A DNA stretch of 64,000 nucleotides from Patescibacteria group bacterium. Its GTDB lineage: Bacteria; Patescibacteriota; Patescibacteriia; Veblenbacterales; UBA10138. Shown one piece after another: positions 47,552 to 59,292 of this stretch. A program made the translations under genes and the position numbers. The stretch covers positions 17,161-81,160 of the forward strand of contig JBAZOT010000005.1 in assembly GCA_041648575.1 (NCBI GenBank), read 5' to 3'. Every line of letters starts with the position of its first letter. Position 1 is the first letter of the stretch. Below the pieces are notes generated by a model. The model made no database searches. It saw only the letters and a program-made list of their open reading frames with translations, and was not told where the DNA came from.

Positions 47552-47757
47552 CTATTTAGCAATTAATAATTATTTAATCTAAAACATCCCTGAAATCTTC
47601 GGGGTGTTTTATTTTTGAATTTTTTAAATAAAATTAAAGAGGAAAATTTTAAATAAAAAAGGTTGACAAAAGGCTATTTTTATGCTAAAATTAGTGTATA
47701 AATGCAATAAAATCAATATAATTTAACAAATAATTTTAACATTAAATACAAAAATAT

Positions 47758-50700
47758 ATGAAAAGATTTATTCAGGTTTTTAATAGCCTAGTTGGTATTA
47801 TGGCTATAGCTTTTTTATTTTCACAGTTTGCTAATGCAACTGTGGAAGTTATTATTCATGATTTGGAGCAAGCAAGTAAAAAAGCAGCGGTTACATTATC
47901 AACTAATAATATTGATCAAGGAAAAGTTCTTGGTGTTACAAACGAAGTGGTGTTAGCAGCAACCACCCCGATACCTTGTGCTGATTGTGATACGCCTACA
48001 TATTACACTTTGACTGTTGCCAAAACTGGTTCGGGTACAGTTACCAGCTCGCCTGTTGAAATTAATTGCGGCAGTACCTGTTCAGCTATTTATACTTCGG
48101 GTGTAGCCGTAACACTTACAGCTACACCAGCGTCAGGTTTTGTTTTTAGCGGTTGGGGCGGGGTATGTAGCGGGACTGGTTCATGTACACTAACGATGAA
48201 TAGTAATAAGAACGTGACGGCGACGTTTGGTACGGCGACCAAATTGGTCACGCTCAACATTGCTCGAATTACCTCGCCAGCATATGGGACAGTTACCAGC
48301 TCGCCTGCTGGTATAAACTGTGGTGATATTTGTGGCGCGGTTTTTCCTGTAGGTACTGCCGTTACGCTAAAAGCATCTCCCGGACAGGGGTATATATTTA
48401 CGGGTTGGCGCGGTTGTCAGCCAGAAGGCCTTCAGCTCACCTGCACTGTAACATTGAACAGCGACACAACGGTGTCAGCCAATTTTGCTACTAACACCTT
48501 TTCTATAGATGTTTATAAAACAGGCACGGGCTCGGGTACCATAGTTAGTTCACCAGTTGGTATTAATTGCGGATCGGATTGTAATTCAGCAACTTTTAAA
48601 GGCACACCCGGTTCTTCGGTCACTTTTACAGCCACCGCAGTAGCTGGTTCAAAATTTTTAGGTTGGGGCGGGGCATGTATAGGTAACCAAACTAGTTGTA
48701 CGGTTATCTTAGCAGATCGTCCTACTAATCATTATCCTCGAGTGATGGCTAATTTTATACCCACCGATGTTCCGTTGGCTGATTTAATTATTACATCAGT
48801 AGAGATAAAGGGAATCCCTAAAGTTGGCGATTTTGGAATTAATGGCTGGGTTACTATTAAAAATCAAGGTAGTGGTACGGCAAAATTTCAAGTTCCAGTG
48901 GGCACAGAACACTATTTTGCTCCAAGTATATTAAATGTTTCAGTATTTAAATCGCAATTGGCGTCGGATTATGTTATGGTAGCCGGTTCTGGACCAGCCG
49001 CAGTCAGCACGGGTGACGGAACTATTATTGCGCCAGGCGAATCAAAAGAATATGATTTTTTCACCATGACTGATTCCAGATTATATACCAGGGATGATTT
49101 TCTAGGCACGGCTGGCGAAAAAACGTTATATTTTATGGTTGATATAGAAAATCTAGTAAGCGAATCTGATATTATTAATAATATTTACACAAAAAAATTT
49201 ACTGTTAGTGCGACTACATCATCTATCAGTTTAATAACTCCAAAAAGTGGAGAGGTGTGGCGCATAGGGAGTACGTATACAATTCAGTGGCAGAATAGTG
49301 ATGTCGCGCCAACTACTCGGAGCGTCCAACTGTATACTAATCCAGTTGGATCAGCCACGGTTTGCTTAATAGCGAATAGCGTACCCGATAGAGGTTCATA
49401 TACATGGACTATACCAACGACCATAGATAGAAATTGTTGGGGTACACATGTTTTGACCGTACTGCGCTTGGACGGCTCAAATATCAAAGGCCAAAGCGAG
49501 GTCTTTACCATAAGCAGTACCCCCAGCTCGATGTTTAAGATCGCCGAAATATCAACTTTCGCGCCATCTTATGTGCCAGGAGCCAATGTTAACTTTAAGG
49601 TGCGTGGCATTGAGCCCGATGGCACAGCTACGGCATATGAAGAGGGGTTCAGGGTAAGTGGCCAGATTTATTTTGGTAGTGAGCCATATACACCCGCAAG
49701 TCCACAAACTGTATCGTACGAGCCAACCGGCTGGTGGCAATTAACTCTTATTGCGCCAAGCAGCAATGGTAGCTACAAAATGCGTGTCGTGTTAAGCTGC
49801 TCGTTTGATACCGGTGTGGCCTGTGCTGAAAAGTATGGTACAGGTGGGCCGCAAGTGGAGCAAATGGTGCCGTTTATGGTTGGTACAACCTCGTCGGGTA
49901 TTAATATAATAACCCCGAATGGCGGGGAGCGGTGGGTGGTTGATAAAACATATACTATTGGTTGGAGTACTAAGGGTGTGCCAACATCGTATTACAACTC
50001 GTACCCGTTAATTGAGTTGGTTAGCGGTGATAGTAGCGATAGCGCAGTACTCACAAATTGGCGTTCTCAAGATAAATTTGCTAACAGTGATGATAGTCGT
50101 TTTGGGAGAACAAGTTTTACTGTTTCCAAAACGCTAGCGGGTAAAAATTTTTATGTGCGAGTGAGCGTGGGTGATAACACTGGTGGTTTAAGTTTCCGCG
50201 GTACGACAGCTGGTCAAGTAACAGTAGTTACTAGTCCTCCTTGGCGGGTGTGCGCCGGCTCTCCGGAAATGGTTCGTCGTTCAGCTCTCGGTACAGATGA
50301 ATTTGGACGTTTGGGGCTAGATATTTCTTCTCATCCAGAAATTTTGCGTTATCGCATTCAATGGTTCTCTGGTGGTTGGTCAGATTGGTACATACCAGGT
50401 GTAGATGATGTTGATTGGAAGACAGATGACATTACTAAACCGCATCGTGTTTGGGCATATTTTGGCGATCATAATCATGAGTTTGAGAAGTGCAGTACTA
50501 CAGTAGGGAATAAACCGGATTTCATAGTAGAAGATATAAATGTTGTTAATCGTTCAACAAGCGGTGAAAAGGTATTTTCGGTGAGATATAAAAATATTGG
50601 TAGCATAGCATTAGCCCAAATGCTGACTGTTGAATTAGTAGATACGGATACTGGCGATATATACTCGCAATCAATTGGTGGTGGCGATATACCATCTGGA

Positions 50701-52872
50701 TTTTCATATGATCTAGAGATGGCGCAAGCTATTCGTGAGCAGACCCGTGCTCGTTTTTACGTAAAGGCAAAAGTCGATTCTACGAATAAGTTTGTCGAAT
50801 CAAATGAAAATAATAATGAATTAACAAAGACTATATCTTTTACTCCTGTTACTAGTGGCAAAATTATTGATGATTCTAAAGCTGATAATGATCCAGTATT
50901 ATTGCGACGGTCTAACGGTGATTTGATAGTAGTTTATACTAGCGAACAAGCTGGAGCGAACATTGGTGCTGCTTATTCCAAAATATCTAAGGATAATGGC
51001 AAAACTTGGCAAGGTCCATATAAAATAGTTGATAGTTGGGGTAAGATAGATTTAATTGAAAATATTTCCAAACAATTAGTGGTGATAGCCACTGATTTAA
51101 CGCCCGGTAGAATTGGCGGCGGTTCAGTAACTTTAGTTTCTATTGATGGAGTAACCTGGACCAACCAGCGCCCAGTAACAGTAACGTCCTTAAATGATGG
51201 TTATGGCTCCATTGAGCAGTCGAGTGATGGTAGTTATTATGTTACTTTTAATGTTTCAAGCGGAGTTTGGCAGTCTTATATAACAAAATCTACAGATTTA
51301 ATTACCTGGGAAGCGGCTTGGCCAGTATCCGTTGATGGTGCACCAATTTATGGCTCATCAATAATGCAAGCGTCTGATGGGACATATTATTTAGTTGGTT
51401 ATACTTCTGTATTAGCTGATGAATCAACTATAACTCCAGCATTGGTGGCTTTACGTTCAACCGATGTCAAAAATTGGGTGAAAGATAATTCGGTAAATAT
51501 TTTAGCACACTCTACTATGGGACAGCATATGATCGAGATGCAAGGAATTCCCACATTATTTTATGCATTTGATCCGGCTTTTGGACAAGCCAGATTATAT
51601 TATGCATCTAAAAAAAGCAGTTGGAATTCACCACAGGTGGCAGCACATGGCCCATTTCCTTTTGGTGTAAGTTCTGTGGTTATGTCCGATGGTAGCGTGG
51701 CAATAGCTTATATGAAAGAAGTTAATGGACAGCGGGATATTTTCTTCCAAAATATAGGAGGATTGATAGTTGGTGGTACACCTGATCTTGTTGTTAGCAG
51801 TATTTCATTAGAACCCTCAGTTCCGGTTGTGGGTCAGGAAGTTATTATTAAAGCTGTGGTTAAAAATATTGGTACAGTAGATGCATTCATTCTTAATTCC
51901 CAACCCTTATCAGGACCAACTGCCAACTTAAAAATTAGTGGTTTTGGATATAATTATGTTGAAGGAACAGGTGGAGCAATTGGCACAAACGATAATCCCC
52001 CCATTAAACCAGGAAGCACGGCAACATATATTTTTGGAAAGCATTCTACTATAAAATTATCCAATATTGGGCCTTATAGTATCAGTGTGACAGCTGATGG
52101 TGGCTCAAGTGACGCTGGTGGCATTGGTGTGATTGACGAATCAAATGAAGGAAATAATACTTTAGTTAAGACAATTATTGTGGATAATAAGAAAGTTGAT
52201 TTAAAATCTATATCAGCGGAAGAGTCTGTGCAGCAAAGAATTCAACAATTAGAATATAAAGTTTCTGAACTGGAGCGACAATTAGTAGAAAACGAAAAGC
52301 AACTTGCTCAAAAAATTGATCAGCAATTAACCAACCGTGTAGCTGGAAAAATTCTTTTGCAGGTAGAAGGAAACGGTGAAGCTTGGTATGTAGATAAAGA
52401 TACTCAGAAAAAGTTTTATCTAAAAGATGGCAATACTGCTTATACTGCCCTGCAAGCTTTTGGCTTGGGTATTTCTAATGAGAATCTAGCCAAAATTCCA
52501 GTATCTACTTCAGAACAAGTGGTAGCAAAAGACAGCGATGGCGATGGCTTGGATGATCAATTTGAAACAGCTATTGGTACTAATCCAATGAATAAGGACA
52601 CAGATAATGATGGATATGATGATGGCATGGAAATATCTAGTGGTTATTCGCCATTGGGACCAGGTAAAACAACAGTTGATGCAAGTTTAGTTAAAAGATT
52701 AGAAGGAAAAATAATTTTGGCAGTTAATAAGCACGGCGAAGCGTTTTATATTAGTAACGGAATAGCGCATTACTTAAAAGATGGCGCCTCGGCTTATCAA
52801 ATAATGCGTAATCAATCATTGGGTATTACTAATAACGATCTACGTAAAATTCAGGTGGGTGAATTTGAATAA
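47758..52872 (+). CDS. giant secreted/surface protein (1704 aa): divergent InlB B-repeat x4, CARDB-like, BNR/sialidase-like propeller, coiled coil, Ca-binding TSP3-like repeats and a duplicated C-terminal module
   Basis: Signal peptide; four repeats of GSGTVTSSPxxINCGSxC...GWxGxC (divergent InlB B-repeat); CARDB-like DLIITSVEIKG / DLVVSSISLEPSVPVVGQEV; Asp-box SKDNGKTW; DxDxDG repeats; C-terminal tandem roughly 40-aa motifs. Confidence 0.8.
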   Translation: MKRFIQVFNSLVGIMAIAFLFSQFANATVEVIIHDLEQASKKAAVTLSTNNIDQGKVLGVTNEVVLAATTPIPCADCDTPTYYTLTVAKTGSGTVTSSPVEINCGSTCSAIYTSGVAVTLTATPASGFVFSGWGGVCSGTGSCTLTMNSNKNVTATFGTATKLVTLNIARITSPAYGTVTSSPAGINCGDICGAVFPVGTAVTLKASPGQGYIFTGWRGCQPEGLQLTCTVTLNSDTTVSANFATNTFSIDVYKTGTGSGTIVSSPVGINCGSDCNSATFKGTPGSSVTFTATAVAGSKFLGWGGACIGNQTSCTVILADRPTNHYPRVMANFIPTDVPLADLIITSVEIKGIPKVGDFGINGWVTIKNQGSGTAKFQVPVGTEHYFAPSILNVSVFKSQLASDYVMVAGSGPAAVSTGDGTIIAPGESKEYDFFTMTDSRLYTRDDFLGTAGEKTLYFMVDIENLVSESDIINNIYTKKFTVSATTSSISLITPKSGEVWRIGSTYTIQWQNSDVAPTTRSVQLYTNPVGSATVCLIANSVPDRGSYTWTIPTTIDRNCWGTHVLTVLRLDGSNIKGQSEVFTISSTPSSMFKIAEISTFAPSYVPGANVNFKVRGIEPDGTATAYEEGFRVSGQIYFGSEPYTPASPQTVSYEPTGWWQLTLIAPSSNGSYKMRVVLSCSFDTGVACAEKYGTGGPQVEQMVPFMVGTTSSGINIITPNGGERWVVDKTYTIGWSTKGVPTSYYNSYPLIELVSGDSSDSAVLTNWRSQDKFANSDDSRFGRTSFTVSKTLAGKNFYVRVSVGDNTGGLSFRGTTAGQVTVVTSPPWRVCAGSPEMVRRSALGTDEFGRLGLDISSHPEILRYRIQWFSGGWSDWYIPGVDDVDWKTDDITKPHRVWAYFGDHNHEFEKCSTTVGNKPDFIVEDINVVNRSTSGEKVFSVRYKNIGSIALAQMLTVELVDTDTGDIYSQSIGGGDIPSGFSYDLEMAQAIREQTRARFYVKAKVDSTNKFVESNENNNELTKTISFTPVTSGKIIDDSKADNDPVLLRRSNGDLIVVYTSEQAGANIGAAYSKISKDNGKTWQGPYKIVDSWGKIDLIENISKQLVVIATDLTPGRIGGGSVTLVSIDGVTWTNQRPVTVTSLNDGYGSIEQSSDGSYYVTFNVSSGVWQSYITKSTDLITWEAAWPVSVDGAPIYGSSIMQASDGTYYLVGYTSVLADESTITPALVALRSTDVKNWVKDNSVNILAHSTMGQHMIEMQGIPTLFYAFDPAFGQARLYYASKKSSWNSPQVAAHGPFPFGVSSVVMSDGSVAIAYMKEVNGQRDIFFQNIGGLIVGGTPDLVVSSISLEPSVPVVGQEVIIKAVVKNIGTVDAFILNSQPLSGPTANLKISGFGYNYVEGTGGAIGTNDNPPIKPGSTATYIFGKHSTIKLSNIGPYSISVTADGGSSDAGGIGVIDESNEGNNTLVKTIIVDNKKVDLKSISAEESVQQRIQQLEYKVSELERQLVENEKQLAQKIDQQLTNRVAGKILLQVEGNGEAWYVDKDTQKKFYLKDGNTAYTALQAFGLGISNENLAKIPVSTSEQVVAKDSDGDGLDDQFETAIGTNPMNKDTDNDGYDDGMEISSGYSPLGPGKTTVDASLVKRLEGKIILAVNKHGEAFYISNGIAHYLKDGASAYQIMRNQSLGITNNDLRKIQVGEFE

Positions 52873-52893
52873 CACCTGATTAAAATTAAATAT

Positions 52894-55800
52894 ATGCATA
52901 AAAAACTTTTAATTATCCTAATATTTGGCGTTGTTTTGATTGGCGGTCTTTGGTTTGGTAATAATCCAGATTTTTGGTTTGCTTATAAAATAATTTTCCA
53001 ACCAAACGCACGGGTGGCGGGGGTGCAATTAGTGGTGGATACATCTGCAATTTCTATAATTAATCCAGCTAATGGTGTTAATTTTTTAGTTGGCACTGTA
53101 CCGGTTGTTATGGATATTACTAACACAACAAGCGTGAGAGAGTTTTTATGGAATTGGAATAATCAAAGCTATACCATATACAACAATTCTTTGGTGGCCA
53201 TGTTTAATTTTGACAACATTACCGCCTTAGGCGAAAGTTTATCATCTACTACCGTAACCGATGCTTCTTTGTATGCTAACAAAGGAACTTGTACTAATTT
53301 AGGTACGGGGTGCCCTTGGGCAACTGGGAAATATGGCCAGGCGATGAATTTTACAGGCACAACAGGAAATATTTTAATTAACACTAGCTCTAGTCTTAAT
53401 GCCTTGAGTAGACATACAGTAGAATTGTGGGTTAACTCTAGAAGCAATTCTCTTCTCTCTACTATATTTAATAAAATGGGAGAAGGTGAAGGATTTAGAA
53501 TTACTAAGCTTTCTGATGGAAGAATTGCTTACGATCTCGCCAATGGGCGGGGGTTAGGAGCCACTCAACTTATTTCCAATCAAGCAATTCCTATAAATAT
53601 CTGGACCCATATTGTAGTTGCCTATGATGGAACTGTACAACGTATGTATATTAATGGCGCTCTTCAATCTGGTTCTATTAACACCACAGCTTTTGTTTCC
53701 AATACCTTTAGTCCACTTGAGATCGGTTATGCTAGCTGTTGCGGAATTCTTAATGGATACAACGGGTTATTGGATGAAGTAAAAGTATGGAATAGGGCAC
53801 TAAGCGTAGCTGAAATTCAACAAGCCTACGCCTCCGCCCTTAGAAAATATGATACTAATAAATGGAGTTTTGAAAGTATACAAACAAATCTTTCCAGTGG
53901 TACTTATACACTCTCAGCTTCTGTGACAGATACTTTGGGTAATACAAACTCATCTAGTATACAAACTATTACAGTAAATTCTTCACTGCCTGCTGATACT
54001 CAATCCCCCTCTACGCCAACAGGATTAACCATAACAACCATATCCTCATCTCAACTTAATCTTGCTTGGGCTGCTGCTACTGATAATGTTGGTGTGGCAG
54101 GATATCGTATTTACCGAGGCGGCAGTCAAATAGGAACTTCAAATACTGCCTCGTATTCCAACACTGGCCTTACTGCCGCTACCACCTATAGCTATACTGT
54201 GTCTGCTTATGATGCGGCTGGAAATATATCTTCTCAATCTGCCTCTGTTTCTGGAACGACGCAATCAGTTTTGTTATCGGGAGCGATAATCGTGGATCAT
54301 GCTTCTGTTGATCGATTCAGCCAGATTCCTGCTTCAGTAATACAATCTGCTCGTAATTTAAGATCTCTGCTTAGGCACGCATCTGTTGGCGGAAATATTA
54401 ATGATGGGTTAAATGATTTATATAATCAAAATACGATTTATAATAGGAATCAATGGTCATTCCAGAATAGGGGTAATGATGGCGGGGTTGCAAAAATTAA
54501 CGATTTTATAAGCCAAGTTCAAATTCAAAGTGGAAATTATGATATTTTTGCAATGAAATTCTGTTTTATTGATATAGATGTGTCTACGCTTTATGCACAA
54601 TATAGAGACGCGATGTTGCAATTAGAAAGGAATTATCCTAATAAAAAGTTTGTGTGGTGGACACAGCCCTTGAGAGATGGTGGTCCGCCAGCTCAGGTAA
54701 TTCAGGCTTTTAACAATAACGTAAGAAGTTATGCGGCACAGAATAACAAGATACTTTATGATATAGCTGCTATTGAATCTCATCGCGCAGACGGAACTTT
54801 GTGTACTTCAAATGGTTATGAAGTGCCATGTACTGAATGGTCGCGTATTCCTGATGGTGTTAGTGATGGCAGTCACTTAGGAGTAGCTGGTCGTCAGAGA
54901 GCCGCAAAAGCACATTGGTATTTAATGGCTCGACTTACAGGGTGGAGCCCAGATTCGCTTTCTATCGACACCCAATCTCCTTCTACTCCCACGGGACTTA
55001 CTGTAACTCCCATCTCCTCGTCTCAACTCAATCTCTCTTGGACTGCTTCTACTGATAGTGTAGGTGTAGTTGGGTACCGTATTTATCGAAGTGGCACTCA
55101 AATAGGAATTTCAAATACTACCTCGTATTCCAATACTGGCCTTACTGCCGTTACCACCTACAGTTATGCTGTTTCTGCTTACGATGCCGCAGGAAATATT
55201 TCTTCCCAATCCGCCGCCGTTTCTGGAACAACACGGGTGGTTGCAAGCGATATTATAGCCCCAGTTGTTTCTGTTATTGCTCCTGTAAGCGGATTTACGG
55301 CCTCTGGAACAATTACATTATCTGCTTCCGCTACTGATAACGTAGGTGTGGCAAGTGTTCAATTCCGCGTAGCTGGCTTAAATGTTGGTTCTGAAGATAC
55401 TGTCTCGCCTTATTCTATTTCTTGGAATTCTGCTTCGATGGTTAATGGTTCTCATCTAATAACCGCTGTGGCACGGGATGCAGCAGGGAATTCTGCTGTT
55501 TCTCTTTCTGTTTCAATTATAGTTTCAAACACAATTGTCGCAGTAAATTTTAAAAACGTGAATCATACATATCCCCGTATCGGATTATTGCAATGGGGCG
55601 GAGGAAATGTGGATTGGTTTTGTCGGTATGATTTAGTGATGCTTCCAGAGGTAGAAACATATAAAGCACGGCAGATGCAGACGCGATGCCCGTCTACCTA
55701 TATGATCGCAACGAATGACTGGACACAAGGAGGTATTTTTCAGCCTCCGGGCCACGCGGATGTATTACCTGATGTATGGTATCAAAAACAATCTACTGGT

Positions 55801-58800
55801 GTACGCGTGCCTACCGGGACTAGGGGAATGATGAATTTTACTAAGTACACGCCGAAATACACGGGTTATATTAGTAGTCCAGCGTTTGTCGATTTTGAAA
55901 TGCCAACCAGTATTTATATTGATAATAAAACTTATACCGAGGCAATTTCCGATGCATTTTTGGATTATGTGGATTGGAGCGCATGGGATGGAATCAACAG
56001 TGATGGATCATGGCCATTCCCTTATAACAGTGGGGATATAGATCTGAATGGGAACGGTATCAACGATTGGCCCGAAAATGGTTGTGCAGTTCCATGCACA
56101 AGTGGTAGTACTGGTTTTGAGCAGGCGTATTTAGCGATTCAGAAAGAATGGATTATTGGCAACGAAGCGCTGGTTCAGTCCATTCGCGACAAAATGCAAC
56201 AAAAATTGGGTGGGCAGAAAATAATCACATACTGGACGATTAGTAATTCTGATCCAGCGCATGGTTCATTAATGAATGCAAGTCTTGTAAATGGTGTAGG
56301 ATGGGAAATGGCGTCCTATATGCCAGGGACCAATTGGAATAATTTTATTCGGAATAACGCTGCATTCAATACTTTAAGCAGGAGTCCGAAAATTAACTGG
56401 GTGAATAGTACAATTTTGGGAGATGAGGCAAACGCTCCTGTCGGAAATCCCAAGAATTATTTTAGATTTATGAGATATATGCTCACTCAGACACTACGAG
56501 GAGATAATTATTTCATGCAGGAAGACGGAGGGCGTTTTCTGGATCGTGTTGGATGGAACCCGTATAACGAACATTACTGGCAGAATTGGTATGACGAATT
56601 TGACACAAATCTCGGTTATCCCACAGGATCGGCACAGAGTCTTGGCAACGGTACATGGATCCGGTTCTTTGATAATGGTGTTTCAATAACGAACCCCACT
56701 ACTGCCACACAGACCGTAACGGACACAAATCTTCGGACACTTGCCGGATACAGCGGGCCCTACTATCGGTTCAGAGGAAATCAGGATCCCACCTGGAATA
56801 ATGGTCAATTATTTAGCTCGGTTACTTTGATTTCTAGTGCGGCCGCAGGAAGCGTTTCTCCGGTAGGTGACGGAATCTTGTTGTTCCGAACGCCCACAAC
56901 TGTTGTTTCTGATGTGATTATTGATAATGCATATACAGGGACTTCTCCGGGATCTCCAACTGCCGTTATGACTGGATTTTCATGGGATGAAGCAGCTAGC
57001 GTCAACTATAAGCATCCATCTTATTATGTTGGTTGGAGAACAGACGGGGATTCCATAACCCATAAACAGCATTATGCTTCCGCGGGTAGTGGTTCAGCGA
57101 CTGCAGTATTTCGTCCCACAATTAATGTACCGGGGCAATACCGTGTGTATGAATGGCACGGGTGGTATGGAGTCAATCAAACAAACATGGAAGCCACCAA
57201 TGTTCCTGCCTCGATTGTGCATTCTGGAGGAACTGCCAATCTGGCTATTAATCAACGCGTAAACCCTGGTCAATGGAATTTGCTCGGAACATATTCTTTT
57301 AATAACACCCACGCTTCTGTAACAATTACAAACAATGCCAATGGCTATGTTTTGGCGGATGCATTTAAATTTGTATACGCTGGTTCAACTAATAGTTCTG
57401 ATACCACCCCACCAACAATTTCTATCGCCAGTCCTGTAGCCAATCAATTTTTTACAACTAATTCAGCAGCTGTTTCAGGCACTGCGTTTGACAATACATC
57501 AGTTTCTTTAGTCCGAGTGCGTGTTAATGGAGGAACTTGGCAAACTGCTTCTGGAACAGCATCTTGGAACGTTACTCTGGCTCTATCTTCAGGTAGTAAC
57601 ATAATTGAAGCGCAAGCTATTGATGGTTCAACTCTTAATTCAGCCATACAGAGCGTAAACGTGATTTACAATGTGACATCATCACCAGTTGATACCACTC
57701 TACCAATCATATTTATTACAGCACCAACATCAAACCAAATATTTAGTACTTCAACTATTACAGTTTCTGGTACAGCCTCAGATAATATGGCAGTTTCATC
57801 TGTACGAGTTAGAGTGAATGGATCGGCCTGGCAAACTGCCACTGGCACAACCTCTTGGCATACTACTTTAACTTTATCTTCAGGTAGCAACATTATAGAA
57901 CTGCAAGCTATTGATAGTTCTGAATTAATATCAACAATTATCAGCCGGACAGTTATATACCAAATACTCGATACTGTTTCGCCAGAAGTTTCTATTACTG
58001 AACCTTTGACTGATTCTATAATTTCTGGCTCAAATGTAACTATATCAGCAACCGCTACTGATAATGTAGGTGTGGTTGGCGTTCAGTTTCAACTTAATGG
58101 TACTAATTTAGGAACTGAATTAGCAGTTAATCCTTATACTATAAATTGGGATACAACTGGTGCTATTGATAAAACATATACATTAATAGCAGTAGCCAGA
58201 GATGCTGCAGGTAATCAAACGGTATCTTCCGCAATTAGTTTTATAGTAAAAAATATTATACCAGTACGCCCTTTATTAGAAGACGAAATTCTACCAATAA
58301 TTATTATTTATTCACCTAAAACTGGCTCTATCGTGTCTAATATTATTACTCTGTTTGCTAAAGCGTTCGATAATGTTGGTGTAGCTGATGTTCAATTTAA
58401 ATTAAATGGTGTTGATATTGGAAATAAAATTACTACTAGCCCGTATACTATCAAATGGGACACAACTCAAAGTACTAATGGTCAGTATCCTATTACTGCT
58501 GTAGCCAGTGATGCTGTTGGAAATAAAGCCACTTCTACATCTGTAATAGTGGTAGTTAATAATATACCAATCAAAACAACCGGCGGTGGAGGTGGAAGTA
58601 TTACAGTTGATTCAAAGTCTAATATTTTTATTCCTGCGCCAGCTACTCAAAAAAATCCTACTTTTTTTGCTACTCCTGTTATTCCCGCAACATCAATAGC
58701 TGTTGTGGCGCAAGAAAAATTGGTTAGCAAGGCTATTGATACTAAACTCACCAATCGTCTTAAAGGGCGTATTTTGCTTCAAGTTGAAAATCATGGCTAT

Positions 58801-59292
58801 GCTTGGTATTTAGATCCTAAAACTGGTAAACGTTTTTACTTAAAAGATGGTAATACCGCTTATACTGCCTTGCAAGCTTTTGGCTTGGGTATTTCCAATG
58901 AAAATTTAGCCAAAATTCCAGTATCCACCTCAGAGCAAGTTATAGCTAAAGACAGTGATAGTGACGATTTGGATGATCAATTTGAAACAGCTATTGGTAC
59001 TGATCCAAATAATAAAGATACAGACGGCGATAGTTATGAAGACGGTATGGAAGTAGCCAGTGGTTATTCACCATTGGGCGCAGGCAAACCCGCGATTGAT
59101 GCTAATTTGGTTAAGAGGTTAGAAGGAAGAATAATTTTGGCAGTTAATAAGCACGGCGAAGCGTTTTATATTAGCAATGGAATAGCGCATTACTTAAAAG
59201 ATGGCGCTTCAGCTTATCAAATAATGCGCAACCAATCATTGGGCATTACTAATGACGATTTAAGAAAAATTCAGGTGGGTGAATTTGAATAA
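52894..59292 (+). CDS. giant surface protein (2132 aa): LamG/ConA-like lectin, Fn3 x2, a large TIM-barrel-like central domain, multiple bacterial Ig-like domains, TSP3-like repeats and the same duplicated C-terminal module as the upstream gene
   Basis: N-terminal transmembrane/signal sequence; LDEVKVWNRALSVAEIQ (LamG_3-like); two Fn3 repeats (PSTPTGLT...AYDAAGNISSQS); repeated Ig-like ATDNVGV...Q/F modules; the C-terminal 190 aa are about 90% identical to the C-terminus of the 47758-52872 protein. Confidence 0.8.
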   Translation: MHKKLLIILIFGVVLIGGLWFGNNPDFWFAYKIIFQPNARVAGVQLVVDTSAISIINPANGVNFLVGTVPVVMDITNTTSVREFLWNWNNQSYTIYNNSLVAMFNFDNITALGESLSSTTVTDASLYANKGTCTNLGTGCPWATGKYGQAMNFTGTTGNILINTSSSLNALSRHTVELWVNSRSNSLLSTIFNKMGEGEGFRITKLSDGRIAYDLANGRGLGATQLISNQAIPINIWTHIVVAYDGTVQRMYINGALQSGSINTTAFVSNTFSPLEIGYASCCGILNGYNGLLDEVKVWNRALSVAEIQQAYASALRKYDTNKWSFESIQTNLSSGTYTLSASVTDTLGNTNSSSIQTITVNSSLPADTQSPSTPTGLTITTISSSQLNLAWAAATDNVGVAGYRIYRGGSQIGTSNTASYSNTGLTAATTYSYTVSAYDAAGNISSQSASVSGTTQSVLLSGAIIVDHASVDRFSQIPASVIQSARNLRSLLRHASVGGNINDGLNDLYNQNTIYNRNQWSFQNRGNDGGVAKINDFISQVQIQSGNYDIFAMKFCFIDIDVSTLYAQYRDAMLQLERNYPNKKFVWWTQPLRDGGPPAQVIQAFNNNVRSYAAQNNKILYDIAAIESHRADGTLCTSNGYEVPCTEWSRIPDGVSDGSHLGVAGRQRAAKAHWYLMARLTGWSPDSLSIDTQSPSTPTGLTVTPISSSQLNLSWTASTDSVGVVGYRIYRSGTQIGISNTTSYSNTGLTAVTTYSYAVSAYDAAGNISSQSAAVSGTTRVVASDIIAPVVSVIAPVSGFTASGTITLSASATDNVGVASVQFRVAGLNVGSEDTVSPYSISWNSASMVNGSHLITAVARDAAGNSAVSLSVSIIVSNTIVAVNFKNVNHTYPRIGLLQWGGGNVDWFCRYDLVMLPEVETYKARQMQTRCPSTYMIATNDWTQGGIFQPPGHADVLPDVWYQKQSTGVRVPTGTRGMMNFTKYTPKYTGYISSPAFVDFEMPTSIYIDNKTYTEAISDAFLDYVDWSAWDGINSDGSWPFPYNSGDIDLNGNGINDWPENGCAVPCTSGSTGFEQAYLAIQKEWIIGNEALVQSIRDKMQQKLGGQKIITYWTISNSDPAHGSLMNASLVNGVGWEMASYMPGTNWNNFIRNNAAFNTLSRSPKINWVNSTILGDEANAPVGNPKNYFRFMRYMLTQTLRGDNYFMQEDGGRFLDRVGWNPYNEHYWQNWYDEFDTNLGYPTGSAQSLGNGTWIRFFDNGVSITNPTTATQTVTDTNLRTLAGYSGPYYRFRGNQDPTWNNGQLFSSVTLISSAAAGSVSPVGDGILLFRTPTTVVSDVIIDNAYTGTSPGSPTAVMTGFSWDEAASVNYKHPSYYVGWRTDGDSITHKQHYASAGSGSATAVFRPTINVPGQYRVYEWHGWYGVNQTNMEATNVPASIVHSGGTANLAINQRVNPGQWNLLGTYSFNNTHASVTITNNANGYVLADAFKFVYAGSTNSSDTTPPTISIASPVANQFFTTNSAAVSGTAFDNTSVSLVRVRVNGGTWQTASGTASWNVTLALSSGSNIIEAQAIDGSTLNSAIQSVNVIYNVTSSPVDTTLPIIFITAPTSNQIFSTSTITVSGTASDNMAVSSVRVRVNGSAWQTATGTTSWHTTLTLSSGSNIIELQAIDSSELISTIISRTVIYQILDTVSPEVSITEPLTDSIISGSNVTISATATDNVGVVGVQFQLNGTNLGTELAVNPYTINWDTTGAIDKTYTLIAVARDAAGNQTVSSAISFIVKNIIPVRPLLEDEILPIIIIYSPKTGSIVSNIITLFAKAFDNVGVADVQFKLNGVDIGNKITTSPYTIKWDTTQSTNGQYPITAVASDAVGNKATSTSVIVVVNNIPIKTTGGGGGSITVDSKSNIFIPAPATQKNPTFFATPVIPATSIAVVAQEKLVSKAIDTKLTNRLKGRILLQVENHGYAWYLDPKTGKRFYLKDGNTAYTALQAFGLGISNENLAKIPVSTSEQVIAKDSDSDDLDDQFETAIGTDPNNKDTDGDSYEDGMEVASGYSPLGAGKPAIDANLVKRLEGRIILAVNKHGEAFYISNGIAHYLKDGASAYQIMRNQSLGITNDDLRKIQVGEFE